64,000 nucleotides of DNA from an uncultured bacterium (GTDB lineage Bacteria > Babelota > Babeliae > Babelales > Vermiphilaceae), in the NCBI GenBank assembly GCA_963702025.1, contig OY969699.1:480001-544000 (forward strand). The letters run 5' to 3'. Each line of letters begins with the position of its first letter. Position 1 is the stretch's first letter. The notes under the pieces were generated by a model. It was not told where the DNA came from, ran no database searches, and was given only the letters and a program-made list of their open reading frames with translations. The position numbers were made by a program, and so were the translations under genes. Positions 18,013 through 28,656 of this stretch are shown here, piece by piece.

Positions 18013-18921
18013 ATGGAAAATGTGAACATGAGGTATCTATTATTCTGTATAATTTTATTTCCCATATCCTGCATATTTCATACGGCAAATGCTCAAATAT
18101 ATGATTGTTTTTTGTTTTACAATGAAATTGAAATACTCACTATTCGTTTAGATGAACTCTATGACCATGTGGATAAATTTGTCTTGATTGAGTTTGATGA
18201 GACGTTTCGCGGCGATCCAAAACCATTATATTATCAAGAAAATAAGCATTTATTTGAGAAGTTTGCCGACAAAATTATCCATGTGATTGTTGAGGGACAT
18301 TTTGAGCCTCAAAGTACGGTGCCGGTGTGGGCAGCAACGGAACGGGAAAATTATCAACGTAACCAAATTGCCAGAGGACTCAAGGATTGTGCCGATAAAG
18401 ATATTATTCTTATTTCTGACGTTGACGAAATTCTTCGCGTAACAACTATTAAGGAAATTAAAAATAATATTGATTTGGTTCCGGCCAACCAATTTAAATA
18501 TATAGTCTGTATGCTTAACTATTATGGTTATTATTTTAATCGCTTTAATGATAAACAAACGCCATGGTTTGGATGCTTAGCGGTGCATTATGAAGATTTA
18601 AAAAAATATTCCCCAACCCATTTTCGCAGAAATCGAAACAGGGCATTTGCTATTAAAAATGCCGGTTGGCATCTTAGTTATATGGGTGGGCATGAACGCG
18701 TTTTGAGTAAATTATCTGCCTTTGCCGATTTTTATCTCGATACACCGGAAAATAGAGATTGGCAAAAAGTGAGGAAAAAAATAGATGCTATGCCACTGGT
18801 GCCAATTGATGAGAGCTTCCCGCGTCTAATTTATGAGAATCAAAAGGAATATATAGAAAAAGGTTTTATAGATGTGCCGATTGCGGTAATGAGCCAAGAA
18901 GGAAAAAGATGGAGAATGTGA
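18013..18921 (+). CDS. GT17 (beta-1,4-GlcNAc transferase/MGAT3-like) paralog 1
   Basis: IYDCFLFYNE, SDVDEI, GWH; signal peptide. Confidence 0.85.
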   Translation: MENVNMRYLLFCIILFPISCIFHTANAQIYDCFLFYNEIEILTIRLDELYDHVDKFVLIEFDETFRGDPKPLYYQENKHLFEKFADKIIHVIVEGHFEPQSTVPVWAATERENYQRNQIARGLKDCADKDIILISDVDEILRVTTIKEIKNNIDLVPANQFKYIVCMLNYYGYYFNRFNDKQTPWFGCLAVHYEDLKKYSPTHFRRNRNRAFAIKNAGWHLSYMGGHERVLSKLSAFADFYLDTPENRDWQKVRKKIDAMPLVPIDESFPRLIYENQKEYIEKGFIDVPIAVMSQEGKRWRM

Positions 18922-19775
18922 ACATGAGGCATCTATTATTCTGTATAATTTTTGTGGGGACCATTTCTACTGCTCGAGCCAAAATATACGATTGTTTTTT
19001 GTTTTATAATGAGCTTGAAATACTCAATATCCGATTGCATGAACTCTATGATCATGTAGATAATTTTGTGCTGGTTGAATCGGAGGAAACTTTTCGCGGC
19101 AAGCCCAAACCGCTTTATTATCAAGAAAATAAGCATATGTTTGAAAAGTTTGCCGATAAAATTATACACATAATTGTTAAGGGTCATTATGAGTCTCAGA
19201 ATAAAGCAGCATGGGCGCCATATTGGGAAAGAAATTTTTTTCAGCGTGATCATATCATGAATGGACTTGTCGGTTGTCGGGACGAGGACATCATTATTAT
19301 GTCTGATGTAGATGAAATTTATAGGGCGCAAATGATTAAAGAGATCCAAAATAAAATTGATTCGGTGCCGGCCCATCAATTTAAATGTATTGTTTGTATG
19401 CTTGATTACTATGGCTATTATTTTAATCGCTTTGACGCAAAACAAACTCCCTGGCTTGGTGCATGCGCGGTCCATTATGAAAATTTAAAGAAATATTCTC
19501 CTAGCCACTTTCGTAAAATGAGAAATAGGGCACTCATGATTAATAATGCCGGCTGGCATTTTAGTTATATGGGCGGTTTTGAATATGTGGTCAATAAATT
19601 AGGAGCTATTTGTGCAGCTAATATTGATACGCCGGAAAATAGGGATCGGGAAAATATACAAAAAAAAATTGATGCATTAAAACTGGTGCCTATCGATGAA
19701 AGCTTTCCGCATGTTATTTTTGAAAATCAACAAGAATATATTGATAAGGGGTTTATTGATGTGCCAAAGAGATAA
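18909..19775 (+). CDS. GT17 paralog 2
   Basis: Same motifs. Confidence 0.85.
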   Translation: MENVNMRHLLFCIIFVGTISTARAKIYDCFLFYNELEILNIRLHELYDHVDNFVLVESEETFRGKPKPLYYQENKHMFEKFADKIIHIIVKGHYESQNKAAWAPYWERNFFQRDHIMNGLVGCRDEDIIIMSDVDEIYRAQMIKEIQNKIDSVPAHQFKCIVCMLDYYGYYFNRFDAKQTPWLGACAVHYENLKKYSPSHFRKMRNRALMINNAGWHFSYMGGFEYVVNKLGAICAANIDTPENRDRENIQKKIDALKLVPIDESFPHVIFENQQEYIDKGFIDVPKR

Positions 19776-20664
19776 ATACTTTTTGTTGTTACTATTATTT
19801 TCTTCAGTAGCTTACGCCAAAATATATGATTGTTTCTTGTTCTTTAATGAGTTTGAAATACTCAATATTCGGCTGCATGAACTGTATGATCATGTTGATA
19901 AATTTGTGTTGGTAGAATCCGAAGAGACATTTCGCGGAAATCCTAAGCAACTTTATTATCAAGAGAATAAACATTTATTCGAAAAGTTTGCTGATAAGAT
20001 TATTCATGTGGTAATTGATGGGCATTATGAAACCAAGACCCAGAATGAATATGGGAAGGCGTGGGAACGGGAGTATTTTCAGCGTGATCAAATTATGCGC
20101 GGGCTAACCGAGTGCCAAGACAATGATATTATCATCATATCAGATGTGGATGAAATTTTGCGCGCGGAAACTCTTAGTGAAATTGATCGGCTGATTCATT
20201 TATTCCCTAGCTCTACTGCTCCCTATAATAAATGTGTTGCCTGTCAGCAAACCTATTACAAATATTTTTTTAACCGCTATTGCCCGGAGGCATCGATAGG
20301 GACCACGTATGTAACATATCCAAAGGAAATGCCGTGGATTGGTCCGGTGGCGGTGAGTTATAAAGATTTAAGAACGTCCGCTGGTCCTCAGTACTTTAGA
20401 AGAATTAGGTTTTATAGACCGGTAAAGATTGAAAATGCCGGATGGCATTTTAGTTCTATGGGCGGGCATGAATCGGTGATAGAAAAGCTTGCTGCTTTTT
20501 CTCATTCTGAGCTGGATACTCCGGAGAACCGTGATAAGCAATTGAGAGAAAAAGAAATTGAATTGCTCCCGCTAGTGGAAATTGATCAGACATTTCCCCA
20601 CATTATTTATGAAAATCAACAAGAATATATCAATAAAGGTTTTATCGATATGCCAAAAAACTGA
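19759..20664 (+). CDS. GT17 paralog 3
   Basis: Same motifs; start placed at MCQRDKY. Confidence 0.85.
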   Translation: MCQRDKYFLLLLLFSSVAYAKIYDCFLFFNEFEILNIRLHELYDHVDKFVLVESEETFRGNPKQLYYQENKHLFEKFADKIIHVVIDGHYETKTQNEYGKAWEREYFQRDQIMRGLTECQDNDIIIISDVDEILRAETLSEIDRLIHLFPSSTAPYNKCVACQQTYYKYFFNRYCPEASIGTTYVTYPKEMPWIGPVAVSYKDLRTSAGPQYFRRIRFYRPVKIENAGWHFSSMGGHESVIEKLAAFSHSELDTPENRDKQLREKEIELLPLVEIDQTFPHIIYENQQEYINKGFIDMPKN

Positions 20665-20720
20665 GTACAAAAAAGATTTTTTACCATCAATTTTCCAGTT
20701 CTATAGAAAAGGAAATTAAA

Positions 20721-21584
20721 ATGTATGGCAAATATCTGCTGCTGTTAATGGTGCCATGTTACGTTCAACCAAAAATCTATGATTGTTTTTTGTTCTTTAA
20801 TGAGTTTGAACTATTAAAAATTCATTTACATGAGCATTACGAGTATGTTGATAAATTTGTACTGGTAGAATCAGAAGAAACCTTTCGCGGCAAGCCCAAA
20901 CCGCTTTATTATCAAGAGAATAAGCATTTATTCGAAAAATTTGCTGATAAAATTATTCATGTGATAATTGAAGACCACTTTGAATCGAATAATAAGAGAG
21001 ACTACTGGAAGGTATGGGAACGAGAATATTTTCAGCGTGATCAAATTATGCGTGGGCTCATCGAGTGCCAAGACAATGATATTATTATCATATCAGATGT
21101 GGATGAAATTTTGCGCGCAGAAACTTTTAGTGAAATTGGTCGGTTGATTCGCTTATTCCCGTGCTCTGCCCCCTATAAATGTGTCGCCTGTCAGCAAATC
21201 TATTACAAATATTTCTTTAATCGCTATTGCTCAAAAGAGATGCCGTGGATCGGTCCGGTTGCGGTGAGTTATAAAGATTTAAGAACGTACGCTGGTCCTC
21301 ATTATTTTAGAAAAATTAGATTTAGTAGACCGGTAAAGATTGAAAATGCCGGATGGCATTTTAGTTCTATGGGCGGGCATGAATCGGTGATAGAAAAGCT
21401 TGCTGCTTTTTCTCATTCTGAGCTGGATACTCCGGAGAACCGTGATAAGCAATTGAGAGAAAAAGAAATTGAATTGCTCCCGCTAGTGGAAATTGACCAG
21501 ACATTTCCTCACATTATTTATGAAAATCAACAATATTATAGTGAAAATGGATATATTGATACCTCCGGTAAAAAAAAGAGATAA
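20721..21584 (+). CDS. GT17 paralog 4
   Basis: Same motifs. Confidence 0.85.
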   Translation: MYGKYLLLLMVPCYVQPKIYDCFLFFNEFELLKIHLHEHYEYVDKFVLVESEETFRGKPKPLYYQENKHLFEKFADKIIHVIIEDHFESNNKRDYWKVWEREYFQRDQIMRGLIECQDNDIIIISDVDEILRAETFSEIGRLIRLFPCSAPYKCVACQQIYYKYFFNRYCSKEMPWIGPVAVSYKDLRTYAGPHYFRKIRFSRPVKIENAGWHFSSMGGHESVIEKLAAFSHSELDTPENRDKQLREKEIELLPLVEIDQTFPHIIYENQQYYSENGYIDTSGKKKR

Positions 21585-21587
21585 AAA

Positions 21588-22484
21588 ATGAATAAATTTA
21601 CACATATCTTATTGTTTTGTATTAAGCTTGTTTATTTTGTGGCGCATGAGGCTGACGCAAAAATTTATGATTGCTTTTTGTTTTATAACGAGATTGAAAT
21701 ACTCAATATTCGGCTGCATGAAATGTATGATCATGTCGACAAATTTGTTTTGGTAGAATCAGAAGAAACATTTCGTGGTAAGCCTAAACCGCTCTATTAT
21801 CAGGAAAATAAGCATCTTTTTGAAAAATTTGCAGATAAAATTATCCACGTGGTTGTTGAAGGACATTTTGAATCGGATAATAAAAGCGACTACTGGAAGG
21901 TGTGGGATCGGGAATATTTTCAACGTAATCAAATTATGAGGGGGTTAACTGATTGCGGGGATGATGATCTTATTATTATCTCAGATGTTGATGAGATTTT
22001 ACGCTCGAGCGCTATTCAAGAAATTTATGATATGATTCATTCCATTCCGGCGCATCTAAATTATAAATGGATTGTATGTGAACAAACCTATTACAAATAT
22101 TTTTTTAATCGGTATTATCCCAAGGAAATGCCCTGGATTGGCACCACTGCTGTTTTTTATAAGGATCTTAAGAACTATGCACCGCCCCAATATTTTAGAA
22201 GAATTAGACGAGGCAATCGGCCCTTTGTTGTAAAAAATGCGGGGTGGCACTTTAGTTATATGGGTGGATATAATAATGTGGTTAACAAATTGGCCGCTTT
22301 TTCTCATCAGGAATGGGATATTCCTGAAAATCGAGAGAGAAACAATATGAGAAAAGAGATAGAATCCTTGCCATTAGTGGTTATAGATGAAAGTTTTCCA
22401 CGTATTATTTATGAGAACAGGCAGGAATATATTGATAAAGGGTTTATTGATGCGATGTCTATGGATCCGGGGTCAGCATCATGA
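21588..22484 (+). CDS. GT17 paralog 5
   Basis: Same motifs. Confidence 0.85.
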   Translation: MNKFTHILLFCIKLVYFVAHEADAKIYDCFLFYNEIEILNIRLHEMYDHVDKFVLVESEETFRGKPKPLYYQENKHLFEKFADKIIHVVVEGHFESDNKSDYWKVWDREYFQRNQIMRGLTDCGDDDLIIISDVDEILRSSAIQEIYDMIHSIPAHLNYKWIVCEQTYYKYFFNRYYPKEMPWIGTTAVFYKDLKNYAPPQYFRRIRRGNRPFVVKNAGWHFSYMGGYNNVVNKLAAFSHQEWDIPENRERNNMRKEIESLPLVVIDESFPRIIYENRQEYIDKGFIDAMSMDPGSAS

Positions 22485-23326
22485 TAAATATGAAAAAAAT
22501 ATTATGTTTCAGTATTTTGGTATTAGCTTGTTTTGAGGTGGATGCAAAAATATACGATTGTTTTTTGTTTTATAACGAGCTTGAAATACTCACGATTCGA
22601 TTACATGAATTATATGATCACGTTGATAAATTTGTGCTGGTGGAAGCGGAAGAAACATTTCGCGGCAAACCAAAGCCGCTCTATTATCAAGAAAATAAAC
22701 ATCTTTTTGAGAGATTCGAAGATAAAATTATTCATGTAATTATTAAAGGCCACTATGAGCTTTCTTCAGGGGGGATGTTTGAGCGAGAGTTTTTTCAACG
22801 GAATCAGATTCTCAATGGGCTCACCGATTGCTCTGATAATGATATTATCATCATTTCGGATGTTGATGAGATTTTGCGTGCCAATGCTATTCGAGAAATT
22901 CAAAACATGATTGCTTCAGTTCCTGAAAAAACGCCAAAATGGATCTCTTGCATGCAAACCTGTTATTCTTACTTTTTTAACCGATACGATTTTCAACATA
23001 CTCCCTGGCGCGGTTCAATGGCCGCCCCTTATGAGGATATAAAAAAATATTCTCCTCAATTTTTCCGCAATATACGAGGAAACAGGCCATTGCTTGTTAA
23101 AAATGCCGGGTGGCATTTGACCTCCATGGGAGGGTTTGAACGGTTTCTTGATAAACTTTCTGCATTTTCCGCGATTTACTGGGATACGCCGGAATATAAT
23201 CAATGGGAAAATTTGAAAAAAAAGATTGAGGCAATGACTTTGGTGCCAATCGATGAAACATTTCCGCGTCTTATTTATGAAAATCAAGCAGAGTATATTG
23301 CAAAAGGGTTTATCGATACGGTATAA
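22481..23326 (+). CDS. GT17 paralog 6
   Basis: Same motifs. Confidence 0.85.
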   Translation: MINMKKILCFSILVLACFEVDAKIYDCFLFYNELEILTIRLHELYDHVDKFVLVEAEETFRGKPKPLYYQENKHLFERFEDKIIHVIIKGHYELSSGGMFEREFFQRNQILNGLTDCSDNDIIIISDVDEILRANAIREIQNMIASVPEKTPKWISCMQTCYSYFFNRYDFQHTPWRGSMAAPYEDIKKYSPQFFRNIRGNRPLLVKNAGWHLTSMGGFERFLDKLSAFSAIYWDTPEYNQWENLKKKIEAMTLVPIDETFPRLIYENQAEYIAKGFIDTV

Positions 23327-23328
23327 AA

Positions 23329-24843
23329 TTACCGTTTCATTTCGGATGGAATAGGAATACTCATCTGCTTTAAAATAAACGGGGCAACATCCGCAAGTCC
23401 GTGTAATTCATGAAGGCTATTTTGCTTGTTGAATGTTTCTTTGCTCACCCAGATAAATGGTACCGGGTTGGTGGTGTGTGCCGTGTGGGGTTGTCCGATT
23501 TTTTCGTCATACTTCAGCTCCGCATTACCATGGTCAGCGGTAATAAAAAGGGTGCCGTCCATTTGGGTAACTATTTGGTAATAGAGCTGTTCCAGCTGAT
23601 TGTCTAGGCATTCCACCGCTTTTATTGTTGCCGGGAGATTACCTGTGTGCCCAACCATGTCGGCATTGGCATAATTTACCAGATAAAAATCACACGGATC
23701 TTTTTTGAGTGAATGAATAAGCGCGTCAGTAATTTTTTGGGCGCACATTTCCGGGTTCTCGCTATATTTTTTGAGCGGCAATGAAGGAATGAGGATTCGC
23801 GTTTCACCGGCAAAAGGTTTTTCTCTGCCATCAGCAAAGAAATAAGTTACATGAGCATATTTTTCTGTTTCGGCAATGGAGAAAATAGTTTTGCCTGCAG
23901 CACTGAGCACTTCTTTGAGAGTATCGGCAACGGGTGTAAGAGCCAATAAAACGGGATTATTAAAGTCTTGTTCATAGCGTATCATGGATATAAAGAATTG
24001 AAGTGAAAGAGGAGCGATAGAGCACGGGGTCATGCTTGGTTTTACAAAGCATGCGGCCAGTTGGCGCGCCCTATCTTCTCTAAAATTGGTAAACACTACT
24101 GCATCATTGTCATTTATGGTGCACCCTGAATGTAAAAGGATAGGAGGTATAAATTCATCGGTTATATTTTCTGAATAATAATGGGCGAGCACTTCCTGCC
24201 ATGAGGCAAACCTTGGCTCTGTTTTATGGGTGAGCATGGTATAGGTGGCGCAAGTTCTTTCCCAATTATGATCCCTGTCTAATGCAAAATACCTGCCGGT
24301 TATTGAGCCAAGGCTAATGTTTTGGTGCATGCGCATATATTCTTGCAACCGGGTCAGATAGCGTGCGGCAGATTTGGGCGCAACATCTCTGCCATCCAAA
24401 ATAGCGTGAATTACCACTTTTTTTATTCGATGGATAATGGCGGCTTGTAGAAGGGCATAGATTATTTCTTCATGGCTTTGCACCCCCGCATCAGAAAGTA
24501 ACCCGATAACATGAAGTGTATTTTGAGTGGTTGCCAGATATGAAAAATGCTCAACAAGCAGCGGATTGGTAAAGAAATCACCTGATGCGATAGCGTTATG
24601 CAAAAGAAGGTAGGCAGAGGGGACAATGCGTCCTGCACCTAAAGTGCAGTGGCCTACTTCTGAATTGCCGATGGCTCCGGGGGGCAGGCCAACTGCACTG
24701 CCGGATGCCTGCAGCAAGGTATGAGGATAATGGGCAAGAAGATAATCGAGGGTCGGTTTTTTTGCCTGCGCAATAGCATTGTATTTTGTTTCGGGGCTGT
24801 AGCCAAAGCCATCAAGTATTACGAGTGCTGTCGGTTGCTTCAT
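23329..24843 (-). CDS. gpmI: 2,3-bisphosphoglycerate-independent phosphoglycerate mutase
   Basis: LVILDGFG, GNSEVGH, ETEKYAHVT, NADMVGHTG, ADHGNAE; start placed at MKQPTA. Confidence 0.95.
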   Translation of the reverse strand: MKQPTALVILDGFGYSPETKYNAIAQAKKPTLDYLLAHYPHTLLQASGSAVGLPPGAIGNSEVGHCTLGAGRIVPSAYLLLHNAIASGDFFTNPLLVEHFSYLATTQNTLHVIGLLSDAGVQSHEEIIYALLQAAIIHRIKKVVIHAILDGRDVAPKSAARYLTRLQEYMRMHQNISLGSITGRYFALDRDHNWERTCATYTMLTHKTEPRFASWQEVLAHYYSENITDEFIPPILLHSGCTINDNDAVVFTNFREDRARQLAACFVKPSMTPCSIAPLSLQFFISMIRYEQDFNNPVLLALTPVADTLKEVLSAAGKTIFSIAETEKYAHVTYFFADGREKPFAGETRILIPSLPLKKYSENPEMCAQKITDALIHSLKKDPCDFYLVNYANADMVGHTGNLPATIKAVECLDNQLEQLYYQIVTQMDGTLFITADHGNAELKYDEKIGQPHTAHTTNPVPFIWVSKETFNKQNSLHELHGLADVAPFILKQMSIPIPSEMKR

Positions 24844-24903
24844 GGGTTCCCTTTTTATTTTTAAGCTATAAAGTATTGCTTCTTCTTGTGAAGGGATGAC
24901 TTG

Positions 24904-24985
24904 CCTTAGCCTGGAGCGACGGCTGGAGATGAGTGGAAGGACGCCTTTAGTCCTGAGTTTAACGAAGGGTTTAGCGACGGCTGGG
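24904..24985. repeat. Nested/degenerate repeat cluster (mini-REP between AGCGACGGCTGG direct repeats)
   Basis: AGCGACGGCTGG at 24915 and 24973; GCCTTTAGTCCTGAG...CGAAGGG. Confidence 0.55.
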
Positions 24986-25089
24986 TTGCTAAGATGATCG
25001 GGAGCTGCTAAAGTGAGAGAATAAAGGTTCAAATTTATTTAATTGTCCATTCGATCTGCATACTGATATCACACCTTGTTACTTCTTAA

Positions 25090-25422
25090 ATGGTGAAATT
25101 GGGTTTTTTTATGAAAATAACTACTTTTGCAATCATTATATTAAGCGTTTTCTTTGGGGAGTCTTGCGCGCAACAGTTAAATGTGACAGATGTCAATTTT
25201 TTTGATGATCTTGAAAAGCAAGCGATGGAAGTACACCTCTTTGAGAACATAGTTCATAAACCGCCTCATCCTGTTATGGTATGGGCGCGCATACTTGGAT
25301 TACCCTTATTAAATGTTTATTTGAACACTACACAAAAAATAAAAGATTCATGGCAGTGGTTCTTTAATCGAATAGTAACCAAAAGACAGATTATTAATCA
25401 TGAAAAAGTTTCCCATTTCTGA
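25090..25422 (+). CDS. Hypothetical secreted protein
   Basis: Signal peptide; overlaps the rsmE start. Confidence 0.65.
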   Translation: MVKLGFFMKITTFAIIILSVFFGESCAQQLNVTDVNFFDDLEKQAMEVHLFENIVHKPPHPVMVWARILGLPLLNVYLNTTQKIKDSWQWFFNRIVTKRQIINHEKVSHF

Positions 25423-26152
25423 AAAACATCAGTTTGCCTTTTATGTGCCAAATCTTGATTCTTTTCTTCAAGGTGAAAAAAACCATATAGAGTTATTCGA
25501 TCCCGATCTTATTCACCGAATAATTACCGTATTACGCATAGAAAAGGGCCAGACTCTTATCTTATTTGATCAGCAAAATAATTGCGTTGCTCAATTAGCC
25601 GGAAACACTAAAAAGAGCATCACATTTTCTTTACTAAAAAAAAATAAAAATACTATTCTCAGACCCTCAATTACCATGATATTACCCTTGCTTAAAAGAG
25701 AGGCTTTTGAAGCTGCACTTTACTCTTTGGCAGAGCTGGGGATAAATAAAATCCAGCCGGTCATAACACGCAAAAGCCAACAGAATTGGAGCCAAAAAGA
25801 TGCGCAGCGGGCGCATAAAATAGTGGTATCCGCTGCTGAGCAATCCAAAAATTTCTCTTTTCCGGAAATCGTGCCTACGATCCCTTTTAATGAAGCGATA
25901 ACAACCCTTTACGATAACATCGATGCAAAAATATTTTGTGATCCGGCCGGAGAGCCTTTTTCTGAATTCCTTGCAGCTAATAAGCACTCTAACTCAATTA
26001 TTCTGTGCGTAGGCCCTGAAGGGGATCTATCCCTCGATGAAAAACAATTAGTACTAAGACATGCATTTGTCTTTTGTGCATTAACGCCTACAGTGTTGCG
26101 GGCATGCCAAGCAACTGCATTGGCTGCGGGTATTTTGCGAACGATGCTCTAA
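25400..26152 (+). CDS. rsmE: 16S rRNA m3U1498 methyltransferase
   Basis: H...VLR, AELGI, AAEQS, VGPEGD, VLR. Confidence 0.9.
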   Translation: MKKFPISEKHQFAFYVPNLDSFLQGEKNHIELFDPDLIHRIITVLRIEKGQTLILFDQQNNCVAQLAGNTKKSITFSLLKKNKNTILRPSITMILPLLKREAFEAALYSLAELGINKIQPVITRKSQQNWSQKDAQRAHKIVVSAAEQSKNFSFPEIVPTIPFNEAITTLYDNIDAKIFCDPAGEPFSEFLAANKHSNSIILCVGPEGDLSLDEKQLVLRHAFVFCALTPTVLRACQATALAAGILRTML

Positions 26153-26221
26153 TTATTGCCATAGCTCCTTCCTTTATCTTAAACTCTGAAATAGGGTGTG
26201 TTCTAAAAGAAGAGGGAATCT

Positions 26222-27067
26222 ATGAATCATTTTAAAAAAAATGATATTATTTTATTACTTGGTTTTTTACTAGTCTTTTCGTATGGCCTTAATTTATTGC
26301 ACGCGCGTACAAACACTGCATTAACAACCGTTGACGAAAAAAATATCATGTCGCAGGTGACCGAATATCTTATTGCGCGTGATGTGAGGAAAGTGGCAGA
26401 GATTATCAGTACAGCCCCGATCGCGCAACAACGGCAAGTTATTAGTTATTTGATAACCAGCAGTAAAAATGATTTGAGCCTGCAAGATAAAATCAGTTTG
26501 ATTCTTAATGCCGCTTTTAATACGCCTATTAAGGCAAATCGTGAAGAGCTTCTTAAAATGCTAGCAGCAAATAAAGTTGAAACTGATAGAGTTCCACCGA
26601 TTTATCTTATTTACAAAAAGCTTTTAGATCCTTTAATGCCGGCATTGTTTGATGTGCTCAAAGATAGAAATACCAAACGAAAATGGGTCTTTCAAGCAAT
26701 ATATTACGCAATAAATCAAAATGATGTTCATGTGCTTGCACGTCTGTTGAGCAACCAAAAGATGTTATTAACGCAGCAAGATTTTAATGCATTGCTAATT
26801 CATGCGATCGTCGCCACAAAAAATGGTGCGATCGTAACTCAATTGGTTGACAATGGCGCTAATCCCAATGCAGCGGCAAATGGCAAAACGCCATTAATTG
26901 AAGCGGTTCTTGCCAACAATCAAGAGGCGGTGCAAGCATTACTGGATAAAAAAGCAAACGTAAATTTGATTATCGATCCGGCTGTTGGATCCGCATTGCA
27001 AATTGCGGTAAAAAAAGGGTATACACCTATTGAACTTTTATTGCGCAAAAATGGCGCGCGAGAGTAA
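26222..27067 (+). CDS. Secreted ankyrin-repeat protein
   Basis: GKTPLIEA, SALQIA; signal peptide. Confidence 0.85.
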   Translation: MNHFKKNDIILLLGFLLVFSYGLNLLHARTNTALTTVDEKNIMSQVTEYLIARDVRKVAEIISTAPIAQQRQVISYLITSSKNDLSLQDKISLILNAAFNTPIKANREELLKMLAANKVETDRVPPIYLIYKKLLDPLMPALFDVLKDRNTKRKWVFQAIYYAINQNDVHVLARLLSNQKMLLTQQDFNALLIHAIVATKNGAIVTQLVDNGANPNAAANGKTPLIEAVLANNQEAVQALLDKKANVNLIIDPAVGSALQIAVKKGYTPIELLLRKNGARE

Positions 27068-27070
27068 TAA

Positions 27071-27727
27071 ATGTGCCTATTCTCTTTGTTATTTTATACC
27101 TCATTGGTAGCCATTTCTCCTTTAGAAAAGCAGATTATCGAAGAATATACTCCTACAAGAGAGCTGTGTAGGGCGATAATTAATAAGGATGTTTACATCC
27201 CGGGAAAAAATCAGATAGAAAGGGAGATGAGTTGTCTTCTTCTGGGATTCAGACCGATTGCTCTGATAACATTGCCCTTTTTTAATGCTCTTCTTGATGA
27301 TACTCAAACTGAAGACCAAGCCTTTAATGCTTTAAAAAAACTGTTAAAAGAAAAAATCGATGCGCAAAAAATCAGCACATTGCTTTTTGAAAATAATCAA
27401 ATTCTTCTTTTTTCTCCCCAAGGCAAAAATAATGCGATGCTTCTTGATAAGTCAGACAAAAATAAAAAATTAAATGAGTATTTGTTTGGATTTCTTTTAG
27501 GTTATCAGTTGAAAGATATCGATTTTTATTATGCTGTTAAAGAATTTCAAAATAAACATAACTGGCAAATGCCACCGAGTTACGAATTTTATTATTGGCC
27601 CGAAAAACTTAAAAAAGAGTTTGCTTACTTTGAAAAATATGAGTGGCCAAAGATGGAAAAATATAGGAAATATTTACAAGATAAAAGTGATGCTCAAAAG
27701 TGGCTACTGTTTGAGTCCCAAAAATAG
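27071..27727 (+). CDS. Hypothetical protein
   Basis: 218-aa ORF following the ankyrin gene. Confidence 0.65.
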   Translation: MCLFSLLFYTSLVAISPLEKQIIEEYTPTRELCRAIINKDVYIPGKNQIEREMSCLLLGFRPIALITLPFFNALLDDTQTEDQAFNALKKLLKEKIDAQKISTLLFENNQILLFSPQGKNNAMLLDKSDKNKKLNEYLFGFLLGYQLKDIDFYYAVKEFQNKHNWQMPPSYEFYYWPEKLKKEFAYFEKYEWPKMEKYRKYLQDKSDAQKWLLFESQK

Positions 27728-27778
27728 ATCTTAATGAACGCTAATTCGAGCTAAGAATTGTAAAAGTTAATCATAAAC

Positions 27779-27926
27779 CCGCTCGTGGTGAGTGATTGCG
27801 AAGCAATCGTATCGAACCATGCGGGTTTAATTTAAAATATATACATAAAAGCAATACATAATATTTTATGACTTTTTAGGCCGCATGGTTCGATACGCAG
27901 CCTGCGGCTGCACTCACCACGAGCGG
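27779..27926. repeat. Inverted REP doublet (REPIN-like)
   Basis: 27779-27824 and 27881-27926 have exact inverted 16-nt and 17-nt arms, different inner hairpins and a 56-nt AT-rich spacer. Confidence 0.9.
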
Positions 27927-27987
27927 CCTTTTTCAATTGTTTCTTTATTTTTTTAGCATGAGTTTGTATTAGTGCAGAGTCTAGCAA

Positions 27988-28653
27988 TCACTGAATGCGC
28001 ACTGATTTATAATAAAGCGGTTGTAATTGATACTGCACATTCTGTTTGTTGTGCCAATTCTCTAACCCAATTTTTGCAATATGGTTCAAGGAGACGGTTT
28101 CGGGATTGACCGGTAAGAATTGTGCCCGATTCCCAAAAGTGGCATTCAAAAATTGCTCATTACCCAGTATGCCATTGCCCAAAAAGAGAATCGGCCCTTG
28201 AGGAATTTTTTGTGAAATTTCAAGAAAACATGAGGCTGCGCTTGTGCACCCTGTTTCAATAAAGTTAGCCGTTTGAATACCAAAATAAAGATCATGCGCA
28301 AATGCATTTAAAAGAGCAACCTTATTCGGCGTTGGTTGGTTGGCATATTCTGATAAGAGTGCTTCAAGCGCATTGATGCCGATAACTGGTATTTTTTGGG
28401 TAAGCCCTAAACCATTTACGGTGGCGATAACAACGCGAAGTGTGGTAAATGGACCCGGTCCTTGATTGACTGCAATAAAAGAAAGATTATTGAATGGCAC
28501 TGAAGAATTTGCAAGAAGTTTTGCTAGCGCATTAATGCACTCTTTGCTTGCATCTTTTTTATCAATCTCTGTGGTTGCTATGGGTTTGCTTCCGTAAAAA
28601 ACGCCCATTTGTACATGAGTGTAGGTATTTTGTATAGCTAAAAAATAGGTCAT
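27988..28653 (-). CDS. tsaB: tRNA t6A biosynthesis protein TsaB
   Basis: GPGPFTTLRV; C-terminal P.Y. Confidence 0.9.
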   Translation of the reverse strand: MTYFLAIQNTYTHVQMGVFYGSKPIATTEIDKKDASKECINALAKLLANSSVPFNNLSFIAVNQGPGPFTTLRVVIATVNGLGLTQKIPVIGINALEALLSEYANQPTPNKVALLNAFAHDLYFGIQTANFIETGCTSAASCFLEISQKIPQGPILFLGNGILGNEQFLNATFGNRAQFLPVNPETVSLNHIAKIGLENWHNKQNVQYQLQPLYYKSVRIQ

Positions 28654-28656
28654 GAA

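Noticed and set aside
24844..25032. 63-aa N-terminal extension of gpmI
   Set aside because: Open frame through repeat DNA; the family start and SD are at 24843.
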